A stretch of 64,000 nt of DNA, from positions 15,003,375-15,067,374 of the forward strand of contig OZ316897.1 in NCBI GenBank assembly GCA_973895155.1, read 5' to 3'. The translations under genes and the position numbers were made by a program. Below the pieces are notes generated by a model. It had not been told where the DNA came from. It ran no database searches and saw only the letters and a program-made list of their open reading frames with translations. Below are positions 1-13,196 of the stretch, in pieces (the stretch's first letter is position 1; every line of letters begins with the position of its first letter). This stretch comes from Marsupella aquatica. Taxonomy: Eukaryota; Plantae; Marchantiophyta.

Positions 1-3000
1 CTTGTAAATCCACTTGTTGTCCACCACTTGCTGACCTCTTGGAAGCTCCACCAGCTCCCATGTCTTGTTGTCACTCAAAGATTGCAACTCCCTCTGCATT
101 GCTGCATTCCACTCATGCTTCTGCTCTAAAGCACAAGCCTCACTGTACGAAGAAGACTCTCCTTCTTCCAAGATCAAAGCCATGTCATCTTCATCAGGTG
201 CAATGTCAATATCATCTAGCTTAGATGAGTCTACCCATTGACCATACTTGGTAGGAGCTCTAGTAGAACGACTGGAAGTTCTTCTAGTAGATGACTCAGG
301 CTGATCTGCTGTTGCTGGTCAAATTTGAGGTACCCCAGCAATAATTTTCTCCTCTTGTTCCATCATAGGAACCAGCTCCAAGCCCGGAACTTCTCCATCT
401 CTCCTGTCATGAACTGCATCATGACTCATCTCCCCCTCAACCCGGTCCGGGATGGGAGATTTCCCCTTGTCAGTATGGGAGTCCTAAGAACTCTCCCCCT
501 CCTTTGATGATCTGGATTCATTAAAGGACACATCTCTACTGACAATTAGCTTATAGGTTACTGGATCCCATAACCTATAACCCTTCACACCTTTCTGATA
601 GCCAAGGAAAATGCACTTCTTCGACTTGGACTCCAGCTTGGATCAAAGCTGGGAAGGGTGTAAGCACATAAGCATCACATCCAAAAATCCTCAAATGTGA
701 GTTATCTGCTGGATGCCCATACCTCATTTCAAATGGCATCTTGAATCCAATAGAACTGGATGGAGAAAAATTTACCAAATAAGCTGCAGTGTTGACAGCT
801 TCAACCCAAAACTCATGTGGTAAACATGATTGACTCAACATACTCCTCGAGCGGTCCAATAGTGTTCGGTTGAGTCTCTCAGAAACACCATTCTGCTGAG
901 AAGTATAACTTGTTGTGAGATGGCGGGTAATCCCTTGCTCCTTACAATACATTCCAAATTCCCCAAAATTGTATTCACCGCCATTATCCAATCAAAGATA
1001 TCTCACCTTATTACCAGTCTGATTCTCAACTTGGGCTTTCCACTCCTTAAAAGTGGCAAAAACATCAGACTTACTATGTAGAAAGTATATCCACACATAC
1101 CTTGAGTAATCGTCAATGAACGTGACATAGTATAACCATCCAGAATGTGAGGGAGTAGGGGCTGGACCCCACACATCACTATGTACATACTCAAGTACCT
1201 CCTTGTTGGTGTGAGTTCCAACTCCGAAGGGTTTCCTGTGCTGCTTCCCTAGCACACAGTGCTCACAAAATTCCAACTTACAAGGTAGTAAATTAGAAAG
1301 TAATCCTTTCTTCTGAAGAATAACCAAACCTTTTTCACTCATGTGGCCCAAATAGAAGTGCCATAGCCGGGCCGTCTCCTCATGAGATAAGGTTACATTG
1401 GCTTCATCACAAACTACACTGCCCTCCAAAACGTATAGATTGCTATGTCTCTTTCCCTCCAATACAACTTTAGTACCAGTTGAAACCTGAAGGACACCAT
1501 TAGTAGAACTCCACTGATGGCCATTTGCTTCTAAAACTCTAAGTGAAACGAGATTTTTCATCATGCTGGGAATATGTCTCACATTCCTTAACGTTCTTAC
1601 AGCACCATCAAACATCTGAAATCTTACAGATCAAAGTCCAACAACTTGACATGGGATTCCATTTCCCATCAACATTGACCCGTTGGAAACCGTGTAAGAA
1701 CTGAAAAAATCTCTCCTAGAGCAAATGTGAAAAGTACATGCACTATCTAGAATCCAGTCATCACTACTTGGATTTGACACTACGTTGAGAGCATAACCTT
1801 GACATCACAATATGTCATCATCATCGAGTAAATCTACCTCATGCGAGCTCGATGCCGCATTAGCAGAGGCAGTAGGGACCTTTACTCGACAATCCCTTTT
1901 CATGTGGCCAGGCTTGCCACAATTCCAACATTGAAGAGGCTTTCTCTCTTGCAATTTCCCTCTGGATTTAGATCTCCCCCGTGATGTAGATCTAAACCTG
2001 CTCTGCCAATTTGTGCGCTACGCTGCTCTCCCCCTGTTCACATTGAGTGCAGTGCCAGAAGAAGATGCTGTTTGTGATTGACCCAACTTCTTCTGAGCAT
2101 TATCAGACAATAAAGAGCTCACCACCTCATTATACGAAATGGACTTCAGATCTCTGTACAAGAGCACCTGTTTCAAGCCCTGATATGACGGCGGTAAGGA
2201 GCTTAGCAGAAGCAAGGCCTTATCCTCATCTTCAACTCCTTTTCCCAACTTTGACAGATCCACCGCTAGACTATCAAACTCATCCAGATGATCCTGCATC
2301 TTGCTCCCTTCCTTGAGCCCGAGGCTCATCAAGAGAGGCTTCTTGTATAGCCGGTCTGACGCATCTTTCCGGTAGTACTTCTCTCTTAGAGCCTTGAATA
2401 GTGACGTGCAATCCGCATAATCATCCAACTGCTTGATGATGTGCGGCTTGAGATAAAGTATCACTGTATTGACAACAATCACCTGCTCCTATCTCCACTA
2501 TCTCACAGAAATCTCCTCCTCTCCATCATACTGCTCTCGCAAAGAGAGCAGATGAGCCAAACCCATGGCCTGAAGGACACCCTTCACTTGCTTCTCCCAG
2601 AGCAAGTAATCAGTACGACCATCGTACTTCTCCACCTCAAACTTCACTCCTCCAAATCTAGCCATCTCTCTCTTCTTCCCCACTATCGACAGCTCTAGTA
2701 GTAGTATAGCTTCCTCCATTGCACGCCGCACCGGTGATCGTATCGGTGTTACAAGTTCCTCCTCAAATGGTAGCAGCTCCTCCTCACACTCACCGTCTGA
2801 CCATCGCGATCCTGAAGCTCCACCGACGCCAATTCTTCCAGTATCCCCCAAGTCACTCATATGAAACAATCACGAAAAAAACATATTTTTTCAAAACTTC
2901 TCATAAAACTCAAATCTCAACACCGTCGCATAGCCCATAAAGCTAGGAGTCCAATACTGAAAGCCGAAATCAAAATCAAAATTCGATAAAAATGTCATTC

Positions 3001-4486
3001 AAATTTTGGTCGGGGTGGGTAAAACCTTGGGAAACTCCCCTGTTTTGACCACCTCGGAGAATAACCAAAATACCAAGTACAACCCATCGTCGGAATCACA
3101 ATGTGATCAGTGCGCCGCGTTGCTAACTCCAGTGGCAACGTCCTCGCCAAAAAAGAACCAAAAAAGTTACAGTTCGGCAAATAAAATCTTTGTCGGACGG
3201 CCGAAAAACAGCTCTCTGTTTTTTGGGAATATTCCCGCACAGTTCGACAGGTCTCAAAGGGGGCCGTTCCCCCTGTCCAAGCGGTTAAAGTGCCGGGTCA
3301 CCGGGCCAGAGGAGAGCCAATCAAAAGAGCCGAGAGGAAAGTTTAAAAATTGGCCCTTAAAAGGGGGATTTAAGCCCCTTAAAACAAAAATACGCCCAAA
3401 ATGGGCCAAACAGGGTATATGGTATTTGCGCGTGGGATACAGAAGGGCACAGGGGTGAGTTGGCGGCCGTCAGGGCGGGCGTAGGCACGGCTGGCTGCAG
3501 TCGCCGGTGGTGTGCGAGGTCACGACCGGGGGCCACAGCTAGCCCGTGGCTTGCAGGCTGCCGGCAGGAGGGAGCGCGCGGGTGGGGAGGGGGCGGTGAG
3601 GCGCACCAAGCGCCGGCCAGCGCCGGCCAGCGCTGCATAGCCCGCCATGATCGCGGCTTTGACCAGGTACACGGGAGTGGAGGGGAGCGCAATTTTATGC
3701 GGGCCGAGATGGGCGTAAACGTGTGTGTATACACACATTTTTGTGTGTATAAACACACAAAACGCCCTTAAACCCCTCTAAAAGCAAAAGATGACCCCAA
3801 CAAAGAAAAAAGGCAAAAAACACACCTTAACCGCCGCTATTTGAAACAAAGAAAAAGTGAACCACCGACGGGAAAAGTTTCCGAATTTCACCGGCAACGT
3901 CTGTAGCTCTAGCACAGAAAACAATTTCTGCCGCGTCGCCTTCAGTCCGCGTCAAGTGCCAATCCCGGGGTCAAAATGACTGCCTCGCCGCGATCAAACC
4001 GTTGAGCCGTAGCACTTCACGTTTCTTCCACCAAGTCGGACGTCACGAAGAGAAACCCGGTTCAGATGGGAACAAGCTCCATAGCTTGTGAAAAAACCTG
4101 AACGCCTCCGTCACACGTCATGTCGCACTCGGTAACAACTCGACAGCAATCCAACTACCAAAACGACCAGCTTGCTTCAACCTTCAACTTGAGCCATAAT
4201 GTGCAATCCTTCCTTCACCGCACAGCTCACACCATTGAAAAATGCAAACTCTGGTCTTTCCCCCAAAAAACCGTCGAACACGAATAAAACCTGAACGACG
4301 TAAACTTTGATTCCTCCGCACCACGGATATCGATCAGTGAGTTCTAACCCCCATTAGAAAGCCCTCTCACTAACCTATCCGCTCAGCCACACACATTCGA
4401 GTTCCAAGCAACGAAACTCTGAATGTACCATCAACAATGAATGCTAGAAAAACCTGCCACGAAAAAACCTCGTCACCTCCCAGGCA

Positions 4487-4499
4487 TGCTCTGATACCA
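4487..4499 (-). other. Primer-binding site, tRNA-iMet
   Basis: TGGTATCAGAGCA on the minus strand, 2 nt downstream of the LTR end. Confidence 0.9.
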
Positions 4500-4501
4500 C
4501 T

Positions 4502-4845
4502 TGTTGAGCATAGACGACATTCGTAATGGCAAGCCCATGAACCATCCAATGCACAATAGTCAACACAGAGAGATACGTGGTTCACCTCCACATGAGGCTA
4601 CGCCCACGGGAACACACAAGAGCTTTACTGCACTCTAGGCCGATCGGCCATACCAAGCATCCACAGCACAAGCTCTCCCTATCTCTCAACTAGCTCTGTA
4701 ACAATGAGCCTAAGTTCCACCAGGGTCTGGCATCAGCCCTGGCTATATACACAATAGCACTACCGCTAACATTAGCTAAGTCCTAACCCAAGTTAGCCTA
4801 ACTGTAGTTAGCTCATGAGTCACAAGACTAGAGCAATATCTAACA
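4502..4845 (-). repeat. 5' LTR (344 bp) of the first copia element
   Basis: TGTT...AACA termini, directly followed on the minus strand by the PBS; R/U5 clearly homologous to the LTRs at 26374 and 31710. Confidence 0.9.
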
Positions 4846-5630
4846 ATAATTTCCTCCGTGCAAAAGATTAGCCAACTCACATTTATCAACTCTAATCTTG
4901 CATTCCTGGAGGCACAATACCTATATGACTGATTGTACTTTCCAAATCCAAGTGCCTAGGATTTGTGATCTAATTGGGTCACCCAGACCATTCACATTCT
5001 ACGTGCAAATCTTAATGTCGTCAATCATCAAAGGGAGTTATTGTGAGATTTACCCTTGACTGTTGCTTTCTTTAGAGTAACCTTGACTCCAAGTTTGGTG
5101 TTGAACTCAGTCTTGGGTCTCTCTTTTGTTGTCCTTGATGCCTTCGGGACATTTGGATCAATCATCTGTAGGGCGCTGTTGTCGTGGTTGATGTCAAGCA
5201 GGCTTGCTTGTTCCAGAGACTTCAACCTAGATGTCGTCCCAGCAGATGGGTTAACATTCACAATGCAGGCACTTCCAATCATGGTTTCGTCCTCCAACTG
5301 ATTGACTCCAGAGTTGTTTGTGATGTCAGGGGGTATAGTGTCCTGGTTGAGAGCATTCTTAGCTGTAGTGTGAGGATCTTGGTTGTGCTCATCTACGTCC
5401 ATAGTCGCAGGTTCCTCTGCAAAAAGAGCAATAGCAATCTTACTTCTCTTTGGCGGGCCATGTGTGGGTGTATTAGCAGGAGTGGGTTGGTGCTCAGTTG
5501 CAAAGTCGTTTTCTATGTTTAGAGAAGTCAAAACTAAAGTTGTAAATCCATTGCCATACCAGAGATCCAATGCAAAACTTCCTAGTGGTATTGAGCTTGG
5601 GACCTGCTGGTTACAAGTCAACACTCCCAC
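4846..5630 (-). mobile_element. L1-type LINE fragment: end of ORF1 and start of ORF2 (AP endonuclease), interrupted by the copia insertion
   Basis: The ORF1-like frame stops at TGA 5030-5028, overlapping ATG 5028-5026 (TGATG). The downstream frame reads MIDDIKICT*NVNGLG...LCLQECK, the WNVNGL/LQETK APE signature. Confidence 0.8.
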
Positions 5631-6255
5631 TTGAGTTTACCACCAGACCCCACTCATCAAGAGGTTGAATTGAAAGTCCTTGAAGTGGACATTGGAAAAT
5701 ATCTAACTGAAGTCAAGGGATTAATATTTGAAGATTCCAAAGAAAATGATTGGTATTTAAGAAGAAGGCAACTATATACTTTTCAAGAAGAAAGAGAAAA
5801 CCAAAGCCGTAGGTGAACTATACACTTACTCATCAAAAGTTTAATTAATTTCATTTTTGTATCCTATGTAAACTAAGGTCATAATAATACGCCCCCCCTT
5901 CCCACAAAAAGGATAGATACTATATACGACACCACAATCTAGTGCAAAACAGAGTCAAGTGCAAAAGTGTCTACCATGGCTGGTCATAAGTCACCCATTG
6001 GAGCCCGCATTGGAGTTGATCACCAGACCCCACTAAAGAGGTTGAATTGAAAGATCCTTGAAGTGGGTACCGGAGAATATGTAAGGGAAGTCAAGGGCTA
6101 AGTATTTGAATATTCCATAGGCACACAAGCTTACCAGACAGAGAAAGTTTAGTAAGAAATGAATACCTCCAAAGCAAATGATTGGTATATATAAGGTATG
6201 TATAGAATTTCAAAAAGAAAATTATTTAAGAAAGTGGTTGGTGAACGATACACTT
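5631..6255 (+). repeat. Degenerate direct duplication (~190-240 bp; copies ~5631-5830 and ~6012-6255)
   Basis: Both copies share caccagaccccact..aagaggttgaattgaaag.tccttgaagtgg..gaagtcaaggg..tatttgaa.attcca..aatgattggtat..ggtgaac.atacactt. Confidence 0.7.
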
Positions 6256-6417
6256 TCATAATGACTTTAGATAGAGACACATAAGTCTGAAAACCAATAA
6301 TTTGATAATAATTTTGAAAAATATACTTAGTGAACCCCCAAATGAAACTTATTATTTTCTTAACCAACCAAAAGATAGATATTTTGTCCCCCTCTTGGCC
6401 CACCAGAGGTATTATTT

Positions 6418-8634
6418 TGTGGAAGAATTTATTATAATGTTAGACTCTACCTATTGACCGGACCAGCCAATCATCCGGCACTACTACATGTACACACCTT
6501 TCCAGACTATACGACGGTTATTGACATTTGCATTACCACACGTTATCAGCACGAGGGCTCAACCAGCGGAGCGAAGGAGAGAGAAAAGAAAAACTATGAA
6601 AAATTGAGCAATTTTCAGTGGCGAATGGTGAAGAATCTAAGTGAACATAACTATGGCGAATGAAGGCAACTAGACTAGCAACCACTCAGAAAGCAACCCT
6701 CTAAGGATTGAAGGGCAGAAATATCAAATCCAAGTTACACGATAGTCGACTTATTTAGTGCATCAGAGAGCCAGTGATTGTGCAGAAATCAAACCAAAAA
6801 GAAAGAAGAAATCCCATAAGGACAACGAATCAAAGATCGAAGAGTCAAAGTAGAAGTGAAAACAAGATCAGAGAAGGAAGAATGAGCACACAGAAGTAAA
6901 AGAAGGAGCCACGAACGAAATAGGAACACTGGTAGACATCGAAGTCAAGCTTGAAAAGAGAGACAGGATTCAATTCAGAGGGAAGAAAGCGCCGTGAACT
7001 GAGGCCAGAAAGAGAGAGAATCACAATCAACAGAACCAACAGAACTCGCAGAAAAGAGCAACTGGAAGCCTGATTTGCAATTACAGAAGAGTGAACAAGC
7101 AGTCATGGAGGGACGATGATAAGAGTAGCAACACCAAAGATAGAAATGTGAGTGAATTGAAATCTTGAGGCAAGGAGATAAGCAAAATCGATGCACAGAG
7201 AAGATGGATGAACAATAAAAAGATGAATAAAAAATGAGAAAGGAACAAGATCTAATAGGACCGAGAGAAAGAATTAACAATCCGAAAGAAAACGAGCCCT
7301 AAGAGATTTCGAAGTCAAAGAGAATGACTGCAGAAGGAAGATCAATCAAAAATAGAGAAAAGAGAAGAGAGAGCGGATCGACTCAATTAGAACCGAAAGA
7401 AGAACAAGAAAAGGACAAAGGAAAATGAAGTTCAAAGGCAATGAAAGTTGAACCCTGAAAGAAGAGAGTCGTGAGAGGAAGAACCTGAGAAAAGAGGTCA
7501 CGAGTGGAATCAAAGTCTGAAGGTCGCAGCAGAAGCGCGCGAGGAGGCTAGCAAGGGAGAAAGCGCAACATCGACGCTGAAAACATCGACAAAACGTCAA
7601 AGAAAAAACAAAACTGCTAAGTGCACGATCCATAACCGCACATAACTGAACAACCCTCTTTAACTGCACAACCCGTAAAAGCGATTTCCAAATACAAAGA
7701 AAATCGTGCAGTTATAAAGAGTTTCCATTAAAAAGAGCATAAACACATAAATAAAATTTCCCGTTGCATAAGGCATCCCTAAGTAGGCATGTTGGATAGC
7801 ATGAAAGCAATATTGCAAGACTCCTCAACCCTTAACCTGATGCATGCCGCAAATGTGCAATTCCATTTTATCTACTTATATAAAACAGGCTAAATCCCTA
7901 ACCTCGAAAAAACCATAGTTTAGGGCATAAAAATCCTAGAAACCCTAGTAAACCAAAAAGATACCGAAATGACCAACCTAGAGAAATTAACTTTTCCAGC
8001 CCTAGAAATCGATGGTAGCAATTACCTAGAATGGTCCATGAACCTCAAGGAGAACCTAACCTCGCTAACCCTACTCCCAGCTATAGGGATAGCTTAATCC
8101 ATACTAGCTAGCGAACCCCAACCAGACCCGTTAACCAAAGCCAATGAATCCAAGGCCCTAGTATTTCTTAGACGCCATATCCATAGGTTCTTGCAAATAC
8201 AATACATGCATCTCTCAACCCCTCGCGAACTATGGACAGCGCTTCAAACCCGATTCGACCACCAAAAATTGGTTGAACTACCTAGAGCCAGGCAAGACTG
8301 GCTAAACCTACGGGTTCAGGACTTTACATCTATTTCAACCTACAATAGCGAGCTCTTCAGAATCACTTCAACCCTTGTACTCTGTGGTGAGCCAGTCACC
8401 GACAAGGACCTGCTAGAAAAGACCTTATCCACGTTTCACTCTTCGAACGTGTTACTATCAACTTAGTACCGGAACATGAAGTTCGGGCAATACTCAGAGC
8501 TCATCGCTCACCTCCTAGTAACAGAAAGAAACCAAGAGCTTCTTTTAGTTAACTCTAGAAAACGCCCTGCGAGTACACTAACCCCAGGACCATAGAGTGA
8601 AACCCATAATATAGAAAACGTTGAACCCTCCACA
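6418..8634 (+). mobile_element. Bianca-lineage Ty1/copia remnant (short LTR ending ~6535, half-tRNA PBS, long leader, pseudogenised gag), truncated at the CACTA terminus
   Basis: PBS CGTTATCAGCACGA at 6541-6554 after ...CATTA-CCACA. gag from ATG 7969: ALEIDGSNYLEW...LWTALQTRFDHQK..LPRARQDWLNLRVQDF..YNSELFRITS.L.LCGE..TDKDLLEKTLSTFHSSNVLL, typical of Bianca gag. The LTR start is uncertain. Confidence 0.8.
7969..8634 (+). pseudogene. Bianca-type gag with in-frame stops (8095, 8464)
   Basis: Continuous single-frame similarity to Bianca gag across TAA/TAG stops. Confidence 0.8.
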
Positions 8635-8649
8635 CACTAGAAGAATCCG

Positions 8650-8990
8650 AGGTGAACTGAGACCGCAATATATGACTCATTTTGGCTCATGTGACTTCAT
8701 TGTGACTCAACGTGACTTGACCCACGCTGTGACCCTTGGAGTTGCAAAAGTTGAGACCAAAAAATGGAAGTCACTATTGATACTGGGCTTTGCAACTTGC
8801 TTGATACCCATTTGTGACTGATTTGTGACTTTATTGTGGAGTCTAGCCTTGTTTCGACGTGACTGCAATATGACTTCAGCGAGTCACATCGTAAGTCACA
8901 TACATGACTTACCCGCATTCAACAACGACTAGCGTGTGACTATTTAGTGTCACAGGAGAGACCAATGGAGACCCTGGCCCGCGTCACACA
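8650..8990. repeat. CACTA subterminal repeat region (GTGACT/AGTCAC motifs in both orientations)
   Basis: Numerous (T)GTGAC(T)/(A)GTCAC(A) motifs within ~340 bp of the TIR; related TGAC/GTCA motifs at ~26040-26360 and 32140-32365. Confidence 0.8.
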
Positions 8991-9489
8991 ACAGAACCAT
9001 TTGGGACTCTATATACTCATGTTTGTAACTAATAAGGTTCACATGCAAGTTATAACCATGACTAATGAACACAGAGGGACAGTTCATAAGGAGAGAGAGC
9101 ACTCGACATTATAATACATAGAAACCTGATGTTCTAACTTTAGAAATATAACACATTGAATACAAGAAATGAACATAGCATGAATGACATCCACATGAAA
9201 CAAAGCATCATATAAGCAGATCCTACATAAAACATTCATAAGAATTAAACACAATCACAATCTTGCTAAAAAATGAAGATCATTTGAATTCCAATGGAAT
9301 AGTTTACAATGTGATCAATGTAATTTAGACAAAACAGGAACTCATAATTGATGACTGTAGGATGAGATAACTGAAAGCACATGCATGATACTATGAATCT
9401 CCAAGAGGACATGATTCTTGTACTGCTTCTTGACATCTAAAATCTACATAACATGACTCACACTACAAACAAATAATGGCATGACATTG

Positions 9490-12400
9490 TTATGGATCCT
9501 CTATGAACTTGCTTGGCCATAATACCAAAGAACCTGCAGCATCTCCAAGTGTCTTTTGAGGAGGATCATCATTTGTGTTTGGAATGGGAAGGACAGCTTT
9601 AGGTTTCACTAGTAATGTGACTAACACTACTGAATAACCTGGGGGAATCCTCTTGCCATGGAACGTTGTGGAACCAACCTGCACTCTGGCAAATCCTACT
9701 CGTGTTCCACTCTCATCAACAGCTAACAAGCCACTTTGTCCCTCAGCATTAGGTGCTTTCCCCACTTCCACCTTAGATCTTTCTGCCAGCACTGTTCTTG
9801 GAGGTTTGTATGAAACCTTTGACGTGGCTCTGCTCCCACCAGCAGACTTGCTTCGTGTGCGCATGCTTCCTCTCTTCACAGTAGTGAAGCTAGGCTCAGT
9901 AGGTTCCTCTGTTAGGACTGTCACAGTAGCAGGTTCATCACCTGGGAGTGTCATACCAACTAACTCTTTGGTTGGATTTATCTCAACAAGAGGCACACCT
10001 GTCATTGAGAATGATACATTCTGCAAATCATTTATCTCTGCAATGGAGTCAAGATCTACATAGCATGAATCTGGCTCAATGGTATCATTGTCATGCTTGC
10101 TGATATCCTCATTTGCCCCAACATTGATATCATCCACTCCCTTGCCAATGTCATCCTCATCCAAACATGGTTGACTGCCCTCTGTCAAACAAGTTGCTTG
10201 TACAGACTGCAACTTTGTTGCCTCTAAATTACAGCGAGTATTTGCCAGGTTCTCATACTTCTTCTTTGTAGCACCTGTCTTATTCTCTATGGACACAACA
10301 ACCACAATATATGTTATTGAAAATAACACATTCAACAAACAATGTCAATTCAAACTATACATTTAATAATCATATCCCACACAGTTGTAAAGGCCTTACC
10401 TTCAAGCCTACATGTCGTTGGCATGCCAGAAGAGTGCATCGACTTTGCCACCTCAAGTGGTGATGGTGGAACTCCTGCAGAATTGGAATCAATTTTATCT
10501 CTCACCGACACAACAACTTCCATTAATGTCTTGAAGTTCACATGGAACAAGTCAGTCAATGAATTCAAACGTTCATTGATCTCTGGAAGACATGTTTCGA
10601 CAACCTTCAAACGACCACTTATCTCTGTAAGTGAAGATCCACCTCCCTACATGACACAGGGGTATAGGTTCAATCACTCCATATGAAATGTTGGGCAATA
10701 TATGCACAATCAATGTTATATACAGTGTACACCTGAAATTCAACACAGGTCATTCAATTACCAATCAGAACTCATATAACTTACATGCTTGGAGGATTCA
10801 GATGCACCCTCTTGAGCCCGGGTGTTCACAATTTCAGCCCTCAACTCTTCTTTTGAAGGGCTTTGCCCCAATTGGGCTTTCTGCACATGCATGGCAAACA
10901 CAAGTTATCGATCAATATTCAGGGAACGTACACTAAAAAACAAAGTTTACATGTATGGGTTTACACTAAAAAATAGTACATAGTGTAGCATAAATTACAT
11001 AGCTAGGCCATTCATTCTTACCAAACGTTTAGCTGTCGGTGCAGTGCCGGTCCTTCCTGTCAGATTAGGGTTCTGAACACTCAACCTGGCCTCTGTCATC
11101 TGTGAACTCTTCTTTTTTGAAGCATCTGTTACAAAATAAGCTACTAACCTTGCCCACACTTTATCATCACAACTGGCTGGTGGAGGCATATCTGGCTTCT
11201 CCCCACCTTCCTTCCAAGCCTTATGCATTCTCCACCTCTCTTGCTTGATAATTTTACCTGTTGTACTCTCTAGGCAACCTATGTCCACGCCATCATCACT
11301 GTCCACATAATTCCATTTGGCAGCAACATTTTCACATACAGTCTTCCAATCTTTTGGATGTTGTTTTTTAAAATTAATAACACTCACATCTAACCAACGC
11401 AATACTTCAGCTTTCAAATCAGCATGCCATCGGTTCTTGCGAGGACACTCAGCATCCACCCATTGTCTCTCATTCAACTTTACGTTCCCTTTCTTTGTCA
11501 CCTCCCCTCGTGCACTGCTCTCGGTAGTACTGGGCGTTGTATTGGCCACCCCTTCATTCACCCTACCTGGGGTTCTGAAGCCACCTGGGAAAATACAATG
11601 CCATTCATGCTTGAGAACTACATATAGCAGAATGGATGACGGCAACATTCAATGCTTCACTTCAAGAAAAATTCTTCAAACATACATACCTGTAGCTCTG
11701 CCTGTAGATGCCTGTGCAGGGACTGCACTCTGAAATTGTTGCGACCCTGGACCACCTGTCCAGCCTAGTACAGGGGCCGGATGATGTCACTTTCTAGGTA
11801 TGTGTGTGCAAACATATGTACTGAAAACTAAGTACAAACTGTAGGAAAACAACTGAACATTCACCGACATACCTGTCCCCCTTCCGTGCTGCATCTGCAT
11901 AGGGGCATTAGTGAATACTTGAGTCGATGGTTCGACTGTCCAACCTGCACACATACATTTTCTATCATTATACATGTGCAGAGTCCCCCCCACGTGAATG
12001 GACTCCACATATAATGAGTTCTTCCATTGCTGACAAGATCAGACATTACCTGCTCCTCTTCCAGAGTTTGTAGGTACTGAATTTTGATATCCCTGCCAAT
12101 TACCTTCACCACCTTCCCAACCTTGTTCATTCCACGACCCACCACCATCCTCCCAACCTGGTTCAACCCATGTCTGTCCTTGTGGACATTGGAACTGATC
12201 ATTACTAGCATTTGCCCAATCAGGTTGGGCAGAATCTGCATGCAATGGCAGGTGGACAGAATTTCATGTTGTCTGAATCCAATACATCCCAAACAATGTC
12301 AAAAATTGATATGCAGTCTGAAATTCAGGAGTGCCATGCCTTCACAAAGAACTGGCATATAGATATATACTCACATCCCCATGGTTGAGGTGGACGTCCA

Positions 12401-13196
12401 TACCCACGAGATTGTGGGTTTGGACCTACTCTGCCTCTACCACGGGCATAACCTAGAGCTTGCCCCCTGCCATAGTATTGGGCACCAGCTTGGGATCTAC
12501 CACTACTACCACCTCGCCAACCTTGATCAGAGGTCAGCCCCCCCTGCTGGTATGGTGCATGCACAGGCTTCGAAGGCAAAACAGAACTGGCAGGACGCTG
12601 CATCACATCACCAACTACAATGTCAGGAACTAAGCAAGGTACATATGTGTAGTACTGAACATATGAAACCTCTAAACAAGAGTTTTTAACTCAAAACCTT
12701 GTTGGGAAAACTACTTACATGTTTCTTTTGGGGCTGCTCTGCAATGTATTCATCTTCATAACCCCCATCCTCATCCATTTCCTCTGGAAAATACTCATCA
12801 TCTGCATCTTCTTGTCTAGTGTCTGCACCCACCTGTGCAGCATCAATGTCATCTCCACATTCTGCCATTGTAGGTACGACCTTCTTGCTCAACCTGTCAC
12901 TCCGACGCACAGGCCCAGAGATAGTGTTGGTCACCCTTCTTGCGTACTCCTTTTGTTTCTTTGAAAATGCTGTGGCTCTGCGACATTCCAATATGAGAAT
13001 ACAGTCACAATTTCAGTGCCACATTGAACTATTCATGTCACACAAACTCAGCGGAGGGGTGTAGTTGAGAATCGTTCCCTTACAATTCAACCACATCCTT
13101 TTCCAGATCCAGTTCTGCGATTTTGGCTTTCACGTATGCTCGTTGTTCCATAGCTTTCCTTTCATACTCACACATCTCTGTGTCACTCTGTTCCAT
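9490..13196 (-). CDS. CACTA TnpA-like protein, multi-exon
   Basis: ATG 13196. First exons 13196-13084, 12977-12719, 12597-12375 and 12235-... have GT-AG boundaries with consistent phases. A Ptta/En/Spm (Transposase_24)-like exon lies at ~11000-11580 (W...P......W..LV.YF...KS....AR.....TG..G) and a Tnp1 (Transposase_23)-like C-terminus reads FHGKRIPPGY..V.V...LPIP...TLGDA.GSLVLWP. Later exon boundaries were not all traced. Confidence 0.8.

Larger units (their letters stand above)
1..4845 (-). mobile_element. Ty1/copia LTR retrotransposon (Tork/Tnt1-like), decayed; 3' part runs off the window start
   Basis: Minus-strand gag (KFEVEKYDG...LLLLSSLPPSY; zinc knuckle CWNCGKPGHMKRDC), protease WILDSACTFHIC, GAG-pre-integrase LWH..LGHMSEKG, integrase YVHSDVWGP...DNGGEY...QQNGVSER, and the start of RT near base 1. 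Several premature stops and frameshifts. LTR and PBS present. Confidence 0.95.

Noticed and set aside
3357-3771. Overlapping GC-rich ORFs in the copia leader
   Set aside because: Open frames on both strands are expected from high GC; no recognisable domain.
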